From: Cirrosporium novae-zelandiae
Taxonomy: Eukaryota
Assembly: GCA_026023565.1 (NCBI GenBank)
Contig: JAPETS010000001.1
Location: forward strand, 930,001 to 994,000
Length of the DNA: 64,000 nt
Direction of reading: 5' to 3'
Part shown: positions 14,074-26,782 of the stretch, piece by piece
Numbering within the stretch: the first letter of the stretch is position 1
How the letters are laid out: every line of letters begins with the position of its first letter
The notes under the pieces: generated by a model
The model's database searches: none
What the model was told of the DNA's origin: nothing
What the model saw: only the letters and a program-made list of their open reading frames with translations
Translations under genes and position numbers: made by a program

Positions 14074-14306
14074 TCTTTAGCGCCAACCTTGGTTAGAAGC
14101 GAAGAATTGAACCTCTCTTTGAACTCGATAGAACTCCTAATTCCACCCATCTCTACATCCATATTCCCACTTTAACCCCAACTTTAACAAAGAATTCTCT
14201 CTTGTCTCGTCACTTGAGCCATTGCGACTAGGCAGATCCAAGCCTTTTGCAATCTAGCTCATGCAGCAGAGACTGGCTACGTGCCTTGGCGGTCCAAACG
14301 GCCCTG

Positions 14307-16864
14307 ATGAAGGTCAACGATCCTCAGACCGTTGTCTTGCCCGTCACTGGTCTTGTTAAGATGGAAGATCGAAAAAGACCTGCCTCTTATGATAATCATG
14401 ACCATGCACCTCCAAGCAAACGACAAGCAACATCTGCAAACGGGAGTAGCAAGTCTCATCAAGACTCCGACATGCCGTGGAAGGATGACCTTGAAGTGAG
14501 TCTCAGCCGAGCGTTACTAATTTCCACCCTGCACATATATAGCATTCTTCACTTAGTAGCAACACTTGATACAACCCGATACTAATACTATCTGTTGCTC
14601 TATAGTATATCCAGAAGGACGCCATTTTGAGACAACTGCAAGAGTACAAACGGGAAAGAAACACACTTGAATCTCGGATCAAGGAACTCAACAAACGCTA
14701 TGCATATCATGATGATCATATCCGTATTATCGATGCATGGTTTAATCAAGTAAGCTCATATGAATTGAACTCGTATTATGATATGGTTAACTTATTGGAT
14801 CAGCTTCTTGAAGAGGTGAAGGTGTTCAAGGGCATCCCAGACTCAAAGGATCAAGGCAACGGTACGGATTTATATCTATTGTGTATAGATTATTTACCAT
14901 AGGACTCTGGCTAATTATCCTCAGCTTTATCCTCGTTCCCTTCCTCACTACTGTTTGCCGACAATGAAATATTCCAAGAGCATCTCCATGCACGATCTGA
15001 AAATATCCTCGCTGCTATCACCCATTTATTCTCTTCCTCGACCCCACCATCTACACAGCTAACCGAACTTCAAGGAAAACTGGTCAGGCTTCTTGCTTCG
15101 GAACAGGCTCATATTAAAGACTTGGACAAAGCTCAATTGGAAAAAGAACAGTTGGAGGAAAGACTTGAAAATGCATCTTTACGATATATGGTTGCAGAGA
15201 AGAAACTTGACAGAGCCCGAAGCATTACTGCTACAAAGGTGGAGAAAGGCATTCTACTTAATCCTCGTAGAGATTCCGGGAGTATGAGTGTAGGTGGGGA
15301 AAGCTCTCCGATGATAAACCAGGAAGGTCCAGCAGCAATAAATGGAGTCACTGAAGATGGAGATATGACTCATATCGAAACCGCACGCCGAGAAGCCGTT
15401 GCAGCCTCAGAGAAATACAAGGAGCAATTGCAACAACTTGAGGCAGAAAATACAAAATTAACCTCGGAAATGACTATATTGGTTTCGAAGGTAAGATTGG
15501 TTCCATTATCGGTTCCAAGATTAAGCTAATAGTGGTCAGTTATCTCATTTATCAGACGATGATTACGCAAAAACGGACCTATTCAAACAATTGAAGACGC
15601 AACACGAGGATGTAATCAAGCGAATCAATGACCTTGAGGCTACAAATGTCCAATTACGGGAGGAGGCGCAAAAGCTGCAAGCTGAACGATCCGCTTATCG
15701 TATCCAGATAGAGGCTGAGTCCCAGACAGCAATTGGAGAGAAAGAAAGTCAGCTCGCTCGGATGGAGATGGATCTTACTAGAATTCGTAATGCTAGGGAC
15801 GAGATTCTTGCTGACTCGCAGGTTTTGAAGGCATCAAGTGAAGGGGATCGTGCAGCATCCAAGCAAGAGGCCGAGCTTACTGCTGCAAAGGACGACCAAA
15901 TCAAGGCCCTTGAAACTGAAGTTGAGCGTCTGCGTGCTCAAATAGATCACCGCGACGACCACCCAATCCAAGATATTGCTAGTATGAGCCCCGAAGAGCT
16001 AAAGACTAAATACTCAGCTCTAGAAACTCAGAATTCGATGTTAAACCAAGAACTTTCGTCTATGCAAGCCGCTTACAGCAAGCATCAAGCAGCAGGGTCT
16101 CGAGCGATCAAAGATTCTACTGAATTGAGGGAGCGTGTCGAGCGATTGAAGGCAGAAAAGGCTAAGGCGGATCAAAAGTATTTTGCAGCTATGAAAGCCA
16201 AGGAAACTCGTGATGGTGAAGTTCGGACTTTGCGTGCTCAGAATACAAAGAGCTCTGAGATAGTTTCACAACTCAAGGAGGCTGAGGCTGCGACCCGAAG
16301 TTTGGTGGTCAGTCTTGAAAAAAACCTTGCTGAAGCAAAGGAGGCCATAGCATCAATTACGATCCAATATCGACGGGCCGAGCAGCAGCTTAATGAGCGT
16401 AAAATAGTCGCAGAGGGTTTCGCTTCTCACGTCGAAGAATTGAAGAAAATTCTGAACGCTAAGGATGCATCTCTTGCTAATGTATCCACTTCGAATCGAC
16501 GGACTGAGGTGGAGCTAGAAGAGCTTAAAGTTCGTGTCGAAGAGAGCCATAAGCAACTCGAGAAGTGGAAAAACCGAGGCGTCGGATCCGGGAAAGGCTA
16601 TACTGAAGAATATGAGGCATTACGAGTAAGCCAGGCCATCAAACCCCCCATTTTTACGATGCTTGTTTCGGACACTAATTGTATATGCAGGCAATTGCTC
16701 TCTGCCCTGTATGCCGTGTCAATTTCAAAAACACGGTAATCACCACATGCGGTCATGTACTCTGCGATGGCTGTGTACAAGAACGTATTTCGTCACGGTC
16801 AAGGAAATGTCCCAATTGTAACCATTCTTTTGGGCTTAACGACCATATGCGTGTCACTCTTTAG
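14307..16864 (+). CDS. BRE1: E3 ubiquitin ligase Bre1 (H2B monoubiquitination); 6 exons
   Basis: MEDRKR...DMPWKDDLE, QKDAILRQLQEYKRE, long coiled coil with KADQKYFAAMK, C-terminal C3HC4 RING CPVC...CGHVLCDGC...CPNC. Start is 14307 or 14361. Confidence 0.93.
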
Positions 16865-17448
16865 GTTATGCTTCCTTCTTGTACAATAGAAATTATGCGA
16901 TTCACTGTCTATTTTCGGTCGGCCGCGAAGGGTTAATCGTTCGAGGGGTCAATGGGTCGACTCTGCAAGCATCTGTTGGCGTGATTTGATGTGTTGAAGG
17001 CATACGCTTTGGTATGAATCCAGACATTCTCATTTTCATTTGCTTCGTCATTAGAAGGGCATTTGAGCTGAACTTTGCTCTTGGATACCCTCCGTCGGCG
17101 GTTGGGTAGCCTTCTAGCTGAGTTAGCTCTAACCGCCAAGCTAAGCCCGCGATACCAAATAGACCAATTCATTACGATGCCAATTCTCTATGCCAGCCAT
17201 CTCATCCCAAAATAGCCCCTTTATTTCTTTCAGAATGTTGAACATAGAAAGCAAAGCCTCTTCTAACCTGCATTTTACAGATTAGACTCGACTCTCATAT
17301 AGGAAATCCGCTAGAGCTGCACATGATAGTTGACATTAAGGTCGTGGTCCATCGGATTTACTTGAAATAGTAAACACGCCATCTCAGAGTTTGAGCAAAA
17401 TTTGCGTCGTCTTCCTCCCATATGGCGTGGTGAAAGCATAGGTGATGC

Positions 17449-18390
17449 TTATGAGTTGAAAATGCGGCTGTAGAGCAGCTCATGTCTGCCTACCCAAAAG
17501 TCGAGAAGCGGCACAACTTGGCCTGCATCTTCTGGCTTGCGCTCCCATTCCTTCTCCACACCATCTGTAATCATTGCTTGAAGCTGCGGGCTCGCGAGGA
17601 TAGCCTGAGCTTGGTACGGTCCCATAACGGATGCCCGCACCGCAGCACTTAGCAGCGCCTTTACATGGTTAAATAGGAATAAGTAGGCTGTCTGGTGTAT
17701 ACTAAGACCCATAGATAAACATACCAGAGCCCAGATAGGAGCAAAGTGACAGTTAGGCCCAAAAGCCGATGAAGGTCCTGTTCTAAGTAATGAACTTAAG
17801 GTATCGAGGCTTGTGCGTGCTAGGTCTAGCTGCGAAGTTTGTAAAGTCGTAGATCTAAATGCTCGTTCCCACACGCTGAGAAGTGCTCGGCCTTGGGCTA
17901 CACTTGCTCTTCTTGCGACAGTACACAGTGTAGAAGCATCCAAATCATTATCCCACCGCTCGAGATCTTCTGGATATCTGTAGGCACTCAAAATATATGG
18001 GACGGTCATGCCAGCCATCGATGACATGGATAATTTCAAGAATCGGTGGAAGGAAGAGACAGCAGTAATGTCAGGAGGCAACGATTTGTGATGTGCAATG
18101 TATGATTCCAGCCCACTCGAAAATGCAAAAGAGCCAAGAGGGAGAGCAGAGTCCGAAAGTAGAAGTAATGAGTGACTGGTAGCGGGAATATACAACCCTA
18201 AATCACCAGAAGAGGTTCTAAGTGGACTATGATTCAAGGACTCCGGTCTCTTCTGCTCGGTACCGGAAGTAGAAACTATGTGGTGAGCATCACCCTTAGT
18301 CTTTGTCAAACGTGATTTCAATTCAAACAGTTGAGACTCGAGGCGAAGGATGTCCCCCTCCAGAAGAGACTTCTCCTTAGCATTCTCCAT
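17449..18390 (-). CDS. ureF: Urease accessory protein UreF
   Basis: LLLSDSALPLGSFAFSSGLESY, ARRASVAQGRALL, SAAVRASVMGPYQAQ and C-terminal HELLYSRIFNS; first ATG at 18390. Confidence 0.92.
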   Translation of the reverse strand: MENAKEKSLLEGDILRLESQLFELKSRLTKTKGDAHHIVSTSGTEQKRPESLNHSPLRTSSGDLGLYIPATSHSLLLLSDSALPLGSFAFSSGLESYIAHHKSLPPDITAVSSFHRFLKLSMSSMAGMTVPYILSAYRYPEDLERWDNDLDASTLCTVARRASVAQGRALLSVWERAFRSTTLQTSQLDLARTSLDTLSSLLRTGPSSAFGPNCHFAPIWALVCLSMGLSIHQTAYLFLFNHVKALLSAAVRASVMGPYQAQAILASPQLQAMITDGVEKEWERKPEDAGQVVPLLDFWVGRHELLYSRIFNS

Positions 18391-18637
18391 AGGGGCTGAT
18401 GATTTTTTCACATAAGTGCCGTTCGACGTCGTATCAAGATTTGCCTTTAAATTTAACCGGAGGTTCGGTCAATGATGGGGCATTGATCGGTGTCATCCTT
18501 GGCAAGCTAATGTACTTCCGGATCAATGACGAAATCTTATACTAAAAGTAAGAAGAGAATCTTTGAACAGCATCATCTCCCCAAGATTCCTCGAAACTAT
18601 CGGATATATCGGTTTCTTGTGATGAGATAATTTCCAC

Positions 18638-21096
18638 ATGGCTGCAAGGCGTCTTGTTGACGCTGCTGCTTTGTTCAATGTCGGTCGCGCTATCATTTCA
18701 AGACATTTTGCTCTTCGAGGGCACCGACTTGATGTCTATTCCCGGACTTCCTCTCTTACCAAGGTTGCCAAACAGCAAGTCAATCGTGCAGCATTAACCT
18801 TTGAAGCGGCATCCGCACTCTCATATCGACTCAACAGCAAAGCTCCTTACACGGATCTATCATCACATGAAAAACCAATCCCGAGCAAGGAGAGCATCGA
18901 AGGAGCCTCCGAGTCAATTGAAATAAGAGAAGGGTTAAACCAGGATCATTTCTACGAGAAGTCTCAAGAGAATGCTGCAACTGATCCTCCACCAGATAGC
19001 GATTTAGGAGTAAAGCAAGAGAAGCCAGAAAGATATCCGCTTCCTGATGGAACAATTCCCCCTGATGGCACAAGCCTTGGCAGGCCTGAACGTGATCAAG
19101 ATGAGCATACTATAAAGCCAAATACTGAGCCAGCCGTCGACCCTCTTGCAGGGGAGCACTCAGTTATTGATAAGGGATTAAAGCCCTACTCATCTGGGGA
19201 ACCCAATATACCGAAGCCTGCCGGACTTAAGTCTATACTACCAGTTGCGGTAAAGTTCAAATCAGACAAGGCTCCGTCATTGGACAACCAGGATGCTTCT
19301 ATTGAAGATGGCTTGTCTGAAGAAATGATGCGAGGTCTCTTCCGTAGTTCCCATGTTGCTCGTATTATCAAGGACGGAAACGCACAACGTGATCGTAAAC
19401 ATTTCCGTGGGTTTTCTGGCAACAGCGGAGGATATGGGGAACATATAAATCCTTCTGGAGTCAACCATGAAAACGTCATCAAAGATCCTGCAGGACATCT
19501 TAAAGCAACCAGCTCTCATGAATATATTTCTGCACTTCCTCAACAAGAAAATGGGAGTATTCAAGAATTGGTAAAGGAAATAGGCGCAAATATAACCACT
19601 AAGTCTAGTCATATTCAGGTAATTTATTTTCGCTCTTCGTTTTCGCTATCCGAGCGCTGATCAACTAACAGTTTCCGTATAGACCACCTCGGAAACTGAA
19701 AGCCAGACAGCAAAAGTCCCATACCAGATGCGAGAATCTCGTGTTCCATCCTCTCGATTCGGAAGACTATGGCAATACAGCGGTCTAGCAACATCGATGG
19801 CTTTCGGTGCTGTTGGAGAAAGCTTTCGAAGAGTTACCGGGAATGGCAGTGCAGGATCAGTAATGCTTAGTGATGGGAATATTGAGAGATTAGTAGCGAA
19901 GCTCTCAAAAATGCGTGGTGCTGCTCTAAAGCTAGGGCAAATGATAAGCTTTCAAGGCATGTAATTCATGAGACTTAGTGGTTATCAGCGTCTGATCAAT
20001 TATAGATACCAAGGTGCTTTCACCAGCGATTGCCGAGGTCCTCCAGCGTGTACAGGATAGTGCAGACTACATGCCAGCCTCGCAGCGCGACAAAGTGCTT
20101 GCTAACGATCTAGGCTCTACTTGGAGAGATCTATTTTCATCGTTCGACGAAGTACCGATGGCTGCGGCATCGATTGGCCAGGTGCATACTGCTGTTTTGA
20201 AATCTACAGGACGAAAAGTCGCCGTAAAGATACAATATCCGGGGATAGCTGACTCAATCGACTCGGATCTAAATAACCTTTCGATCCTACTAACAGCTTC
20301 CCGCTTGCTACCGAAGGGTTTATATCTTGAAAAGACCATTGCTAATGCTCGCACAGAGCTGGCTTGGGAGTGTGATTATGTCAGAGAAGCCGAATGCTTG
20401 AAACGCTTCCAAGTACTGCTCGAAGATGATACCCATGTTTTCCAAGTACCTGATGTCATTGATGAAGCTTCTGGTAAACGGATTCTAACCATGGAACTAA
20501 TGCGGGGAGTTGGTGTGACCAAACTTCAGCAATGCGACCAGAAGCAAAAGGACTGGATCGGTGCCCAGATTCTTCGCCTATGTTTGAGGGAAATCACCGA
20601 ATTCAAGTTCATGCAAACAGATCCAAATTGGACAAACTTCCTCTTCAACCCTAAAACGGAGAAACTAGAACTACTAGACTTTGGGGCCTCTCGCGAGTAC
20701 CCTGACGAATTTATTAATATCTACACTCGTATTCTTTATGCAGCATCTCGCGGAGATCGTGAAGCCTGCCGAGATTTGTCTGTCCAGTTGGGGTATCTGA
20801 CTGGCCTTGAGTCTCACGCTATGACAAATGCTCATGTTAGCTCTGTTCTCACTCTAGCAGAGCCCTTCATGAATACAGCACCAGAAGTGTACGACTTTAA
20901 AGACCAGACAATCACTGACCGAGTCAGAAGTCTGATTCCAGTCATGCTTCGAGAAAGGCTGGCACCTCCTCCTGAGGAAACGTATAGTCTACACCGAAAA
21001 CTCAGTGGAGCCTTCTTATTATGTGCCAGATTGGGAAGTAAGGTTCGATGTCGAGAGATGTTTGCTGATGCCATGGCTAAAGCAGGCCTATCATAA
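18638..21096 (+). CDS. COQ8: ABC1/UbiB atypical kinase Coq8, mitochondrial; 3 exons, second intron GC-AG
   Basis: MRESRVPSSRFGRL, MRGAALKLGQ (KxGQ), AAASIGQVH, VAVKIQYPG, MQTDPNWTNF, LLDFGA and PPEETYSLHRKLSG motifs. Confidence 0.94.
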
Positions 21097-23251
21097 TGGA
21101 GTGTTCTAGATCTGTTCATTAAAATGCTTTTGTTGTCAAAGTCATGTATAATAGGGTAAAACTAGTAAATTATGTATAGTTTCAAAGAATAGAAAAAGTA
21201 AAAGGTTGCTTTTAAATCGACTAGCTTTTTGTCGTTTAGTGCTGAAACTTTGCGAGAAAGTTCCTAGGAAATAGGACCTTATATAACTAGCCTTAGGTCC
21301 GTAACGCAGGACCTTTTTTTCCCCTTCTGGCTTTTACTCTGGCTTCCTCTTCTCTGGCTGGCTACTATATTTAGCTAAATATGTCTCTTATTCAATGCTA
21401 GTCTACTAGACAAACATTGTTCAAGTTTTAAGTGATGCGATGCACGAACCTCCTTGCTAGACCGAAGCTTAATCTCACAACTAATTCTCACCCTTTTTAT
21501 ACCATCTTCCCTCAACAGACTTATCTTTCCCATCTATCATTAATCTAGAAGGAACTTGAGTCATTATTGCTTATATCAGATTTGCATAGTAGCAGTGATG
21601 AGATAGTTCCACATCTCAGTCAGAGTCATGTAGCTGCCGCCCATGAGCTCATCCCGCGACTACTTTCTATTCTAAGAGCAATTCCCCAACTCTTTCTTCC
21701 AATACTCATAGTTGGAGGATTTCAGACCTTACCGGGGTCTTTCATGAAATACTATGTTTTATGTACGCATTGGAATATGGCCTTTAACTCAGGAGATACT
21801 GATGCTAGGGCTACTAGCCATAGTGATGAATCATATCTACTTACTCTATCCTATTAGAACGATTCCCATTCATGCGCATTTTCTTTTATTATTTAAATGT
21901 TGCTATTGCTACCAATTCCAGACATCATAGAATCTTGTTAACATGGCTTTAAATATCTAAGACTTTGTGACTGTTTTTAAGTATCTCAATCGTTTCAAGT
22001 CATTCCTAGAGAGACAACATAGGACCTATTTAAAGGAATGCCGCTAACCTTTTTTTCATCAAAGAACTTATATCTTTGCTATCAGGCTAAGGAAACCCGA
22101 TTCGGCCGACAGTGGATGATTATCCGAGTACAATTCAGGGTAACTCGTGGAAAATTCACTGGTAAGATGGTATGCTTTAAGTAAGCGGGTATCAAGGGAC
22201 AGATTCAATCTTGGCCGCCAAATTATTTTCCTAGAAGCATCCAACAAGCTTTTAGAAGCCTCACAGTTCTATAGAGATCTTTGCGGGAATCTATATCATC
22301 AAAACAAATGAAGAAGATGTCTATAAAGTTATATAAGGCTTTAAGTTTCCAGTAGGTCTTCAGATACGATAACCTACACTATATGCTAATGTAAACGGAT
22401 TAATTCATAGCCATGGATGGAATTTATTTACCAGCTTGCTTCATTTGCCATCGAATAATGCACGGTTTGCCATTTATTTGTGATGCTCCCATTCCGCGAT
22501 AGAAAATTCTGACATATTTTGCAGTTTGAGCGTTGGTAGAAATTGCCGGAAAAGGTGAAGGTTTCGACGATTCCTCGTTCTCGGTGTGGAGCTTTTGGCT
22601 TTGAGGTTTCTTGTTTCCTTCATTTCGTAGTATCTATTGAGTTCAAATCAACATTCTGTTTTGTTATATCGTGGGACTCACGTCGTTCCCCATGATTTCT
22701 AAATCAAACAGCTTTTGTGTGGGCTTGGAAGATCGTAAGCAATACCCATGATATCCGAGCCTTTTCTGAATCGTATGCTGGTCTGTGTTTTTTTAGTGAC
22801 CACAATGTAGGGTTGATTTGCCTTGTTGCAGCTGGTGGTTTGGTCCGTAGAAATTGCGAGCTTGTGGGGTGGTTTCGTTTCTGTACCTACACCAAACTCC
22901 CTAGATGATGTGGGCTTTCCTAGCATTGACATTACTTTGAGAGCTGCGGGTTCTTCGGATAGCCATTTCGTTGATCCTCCCGGAAGGATTTGCTAAGCTG
23001 CCACCTTCGGTTTACTTGAGGCTGGTGGAGATGAGATAGGCCGTTGTCGCTGCGTTCAGTCTGTTCTAACCATCACTATTGAAAACACCACTCAGGGATC
23101 CCACACATGGCTTGAGTTTTCTACCTAAAATTCTTGGTGTTGCTAATCTTTCCAACTGCGACACGAAAATCTTCATGCAATAACTTTACCCATCACACTT
23201 CTCATCAGGATCGCTTTCTACTGAAGCTAAACTAGACTAAAGTCCACTAAC

Positions 23252-24936
23252 ATGGCTCATCTACAATACTTGAAATTCTTCACTTCTTTCATTGAGTTAT
23301 ATGTTTGGATGATGCTCATAAACTCAGTCGATGGGCTAACTCAACCTTCCTACTTCAAAAGCGTCACATATTCTCCCACCTTCATGTCTAGTAACGACAC
23401 TTCTCTCAATACTACGTCTGATACCTTTTCGAACGATAATAGCTATAACTATGGTACACCTGAGTATAGTCGGATAGTCTATATGGCTGTTGCAATTCTT
23501 GCATTGTTTATCCTCGTGACTCTCATCGGTAAGTAATAGGATACTATTCTTTATCTTTTTCAACTAGAGACTGGACTCTAACTATAAAATAATGTAGTCA
23601 ACCGTTACAATGCTTTTAAAAGCATTGTTCGCCGTGTAGGCCTTTTGCATATGATAGTCCTAACCATTTATTTGGACGGTATATTATTCATATTTAGTGC
23701 CACTATTATGCTTTACGGGGTTGGTGTTTACACAGAGTCCATGTGTCTGGGATCTATTCACTTATGCCTCGTCTTTTATGCTGGTGGGAAAGTCATAACA
23801 TACATTTTCTTATGCGAACGTATATCATCGTTCTGCCCACAGCTGTCTCTTAAACAGAACTATCAGCTTTGGACTTGCCTGGTTATTGTTATTATCGGCT
23901 TCGGTGCAATCGCTGTTGTTGCCTTTATGTTTCCTGTTACAGGAATTTCCACGACTGATAGTCGTTGTCGAATCGAACTACCTCTAACTGTCACCATTCC
24001 TCTTTTATCGTATGACATATGCTTGGACATTGGCTTCACTTCCCTCAATATTTGGCAAATCAGATCGGATGGGAGAAAATTTTGGGATATTGGATATGTC
24101 CACTACAACAACAAACTGCGCATGAAAACGGGTAGATGTCTCATTGCGCAAAGACATACAACACTTGCTTGGGCAAACCGAAGATTCTATTTGATGTGTT
24201 TTCGATCTTGTGTAGGAGCAGGGCTGGTTGTTCTTCCGACCTTGGCAAATCTGTGTTCTTTTTGTTATGAACGGGCACCAGATGGTATGGGAATGCTATA
24301 CAATTTGCATATTGGGTAGTATGTCTAATATCACCATTTCTCATACCTTGTCTATACTAATTCTTAATAGTCAGCTAGTCTGCTATAATAATTCACTGGT
24401 TAACCGGTGGGCCCAAGGAAGTACCTTCGGAAGAGGCTGGACGAGATGTCGAAGAAGGTGAGGACAGTATGCCATTTGGGTCTAGGCTGACCTATCGCAG
24501 TTCGGGTTGTATTCAGCATCTCGACTCTCAGAGGAACATCCGGCTATCTGATTTACCCCCTGCGGCAAAAGATACTGGAGTAAACAGAGCCCAACCGTCG
24601 TGCATGCCCTCAGGTCAGTTTCATATTAATGCAACTAATCCGTTTTACGATCCTTCTATTAGCACCCCCTCTATTGCTCCTTCCGCCAGCACTGCCCCAA
24701 TGGCATGCAGACCTCCCTCTACTACGGCTACCGAAATCAGACTATCTCATCATACACCTATTTCAGATCCTACTCTTGCAAGGGGTTGGGATTCGTATTT
24801 TGAAATAGATGATGAAGAAATAGAGGCCAGTCATATCAAACTGTCAACGCGCCAATCATCTAAAGTAGGACCCACGTCCTGGCCGCAGAATGTTAGCCAA
24901 GAACTAGTTAATAGTGCTCACTATCACCACGAGTAA
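23252..24936 (+). pseudogene. Fungal multi-TM (7TM/GPCR-like) membrane protein, apparently disrupted by a frameshift near 24254 and an in-frame TAG at 24376
   Basis: Hydrophobic helices with LCLVFY..KV..YIFL.ER and CRI.LP...TIPLL.YD motifs. The last helices (VLFVMNG...CYTICI, SAIIIHWLT) lie in a shifted frame and contain a TAG. Confidence 0.6.
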
Positions 24937-25648
24937 GTACAGGAGATTAAAGATTGGTTTGCAACGTGGAAGGTAGTATTGGGGGGTGAGGAAACCGGGG
25001 GAGGGGGTATCTTTTCTATTATTTCCTTTGTGGGCTAGGATTTATTTATCTTCAGGAGGAGCATGCACACAGTGGCGTACGGGAATCACTCTTGGTGTTC
25101 AACGTGTTTCATTACAAATAACGTATGCAAATTTGTCACGCGCTCAAAATTTATACGGCTGAGCGATAGCAAGTGCACAATAAATTCTAACACGGTTTCA
25201 AAATTCCAATTTCCTAACTATCAGGAAAGTTCATATTTTTAGATAGTCTAACCCTTTAACGGCTTACTGGCCTGGAAATGTTTCTTTTAAATTGCTATGT
25301 AGATTCGTATATGTAGAATATGATATTCTATTATCTTCTGAACAGCGCTCTAGAGTCGTGATTAGCTATAGATACTAATTATTCTAGAAAGGTAAAAGCA
25401 TTAGGTTTTGTTGAAGTGTCTCCAATAAGAGTTATCATATGTAGCTCCCATGAAATTTCCCTATTTTAAATATTGTCTATAGTCTGTTGCCTATGGAATG
25501 AGGGATTAGAGATAAGGAATAGGATATATTCATCTCATTTTATTAAAAGCATGCTTGTAGTGCAAAAATAAGGATTGCGTAACCTAATTTAATTCGATAT
25601 CTGGCTAGGTTGCCGTAGTGGAAAGAAATAACAAGACTGAGGGTTGGC

Positions 25649-26226
25649 TTAGAGACCATAATCAGAGTCACTCTCCTCTTCTAAAATAGCGGTCGACAAT
25701 AATCCATGTTGTCCTGAAACACCACTGTTTTCCACCATCTCCAATATCTCACTTGTCGTTAGTTCTGGTTTGAGAGGCTCATGGGCTAAAGATGGAGCGG
25801 GTGATTCATTGGGTTTCTTCTTTTCTCTCATGGTGCGGTATGATTCAATTGAGCGCCCTCGATGACCTGAAGCTGGTTCTGGTTCCGACTGGAGGTTGAA
25901 AGCTACGACCATGAATGTAGATGAGTAGTGAATTATCACAGCAGCTATTATTCCGGCTGTGATAGCGACGCCAATATATATAAAAAAGGCCTAAACAAAG
26001 TAAGTTAGCTCCTGATAAAGGCATAGAATAGGAGTTCCAAAACAAAGCCTACCTCAAATCTATCGAGGAAGTTAAATATTCTTATAGGTATGTTGAATGT
26101 ACCGCGGATGATGTACAGAAAAGGCGCAACCACTAGCCTTGTAACAAATAACGACCATTTGAGAATCGTCAATATTGGTAACATGAGATAATAGAGAAAC
26201 GACTTTGAGAATTCCCACCAATCCAT
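25649..26226 (-). CDS. Small uncharacterised membrane protein, 2 exons
   Basis: Exon 1 MDWWEF...FLDRFE, intron gtaggc..gctaac..ttag, exon 2 AFFIYIGVAITAGIIAAVIIHYSS...TAILEEESDSDYGL; 2-3 hydrophobic segments and an acidic tail. Confidence 0.72.
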
Positions 26227-26382
26227 ATTTTCTGTTATGTTGATTGGTTCAACGTTTTGTTTGTTGGCATATTTCTAAGTAAAGATCTTAACTGATGATT
26301 TTACACCTGGTTCACCATATGTAACCATCAACCTAGAAATGTCACCGTATGCAGGAAATTCCGTTGAGCAATAGATAAGCAA

Positions 26383-26479
26383 TAGAATCGCGGACCGAGA
26401 AATAAGCCCCATACAAAAATTGGGGTGACCATTTCCCTGTCGGCCCTAGAGTTCGCCTATATCTCGGTTCGCGATTCTA
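26383..26479. repeat. Inverted repeat with 25-bp arms (22/25 match), MITE-like
   Basis: tagaatcgcggaccgagaaataagc (26383-26407) versus gcctatatctcggttcgcgattcta (26455-26479). Confidence 0.7.
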
Positions 26480-26549
26480 AATGATGTTGGGGTAGCACGC
26501 GGATCCCGAGACTCACAAATTCTTTTTTAAAAATTTTTTTTTTGAAAGC

Positions 26550-26577
26550 CCGAGGGTGAGTCGCGACTCACCCTCGG
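26550..26577. repeat. Perfect 28-bp palindrome CCGAGGGTGAGTCGCGACTCACCCTCGG
   Basis: Read directly; the half-site recurs in the inverted repeat at 26679-26782. Confidence 0.9.
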
Positions 26578-26678
26578 CCTCCCTAAGGGTTACTTTTCTA
26601 GATTTAGGCGATTGCACCTTTAAACATGCAACCCTCCCTCAGGCCTTCAAATTAAATTATCATTGAAAACAGATTTTG

Positions 26679-26782
26679 TTTAGAAACCTAAGGGTGAGTC
26701 GGCTATTTGAATATGTATTCGCTTAATTTCTCAATGCCGTGAATGTATATTCAAACATGCGACTCACCTTTGGCTTCCGAAA
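26679..26782. mobile_element. MITE-like inverted repeat with 42-bp arms (32/42 match) and 20-bp spacer, same core as the 26550 palindrome
   Basis: Arms 26679-26720 and 26741-26782 share GGTGAGTCG / CGACTCACC and TTTGAATAT / ATATTCAAA. Confidence 0.5.

Noticed and set aside
22699..23070. Minus-strand open frame of about 120 codons upstream of the pseudogene
   Set aside because: No recognisable domain or convincing gene structure.
26390..26425. Minus-strand GGGGCTTA resembling RNase MRP CR-V
   Set aside because: Lacks the preceding ACA element and CR-I; the enclosing stem spans only about 97 nt.
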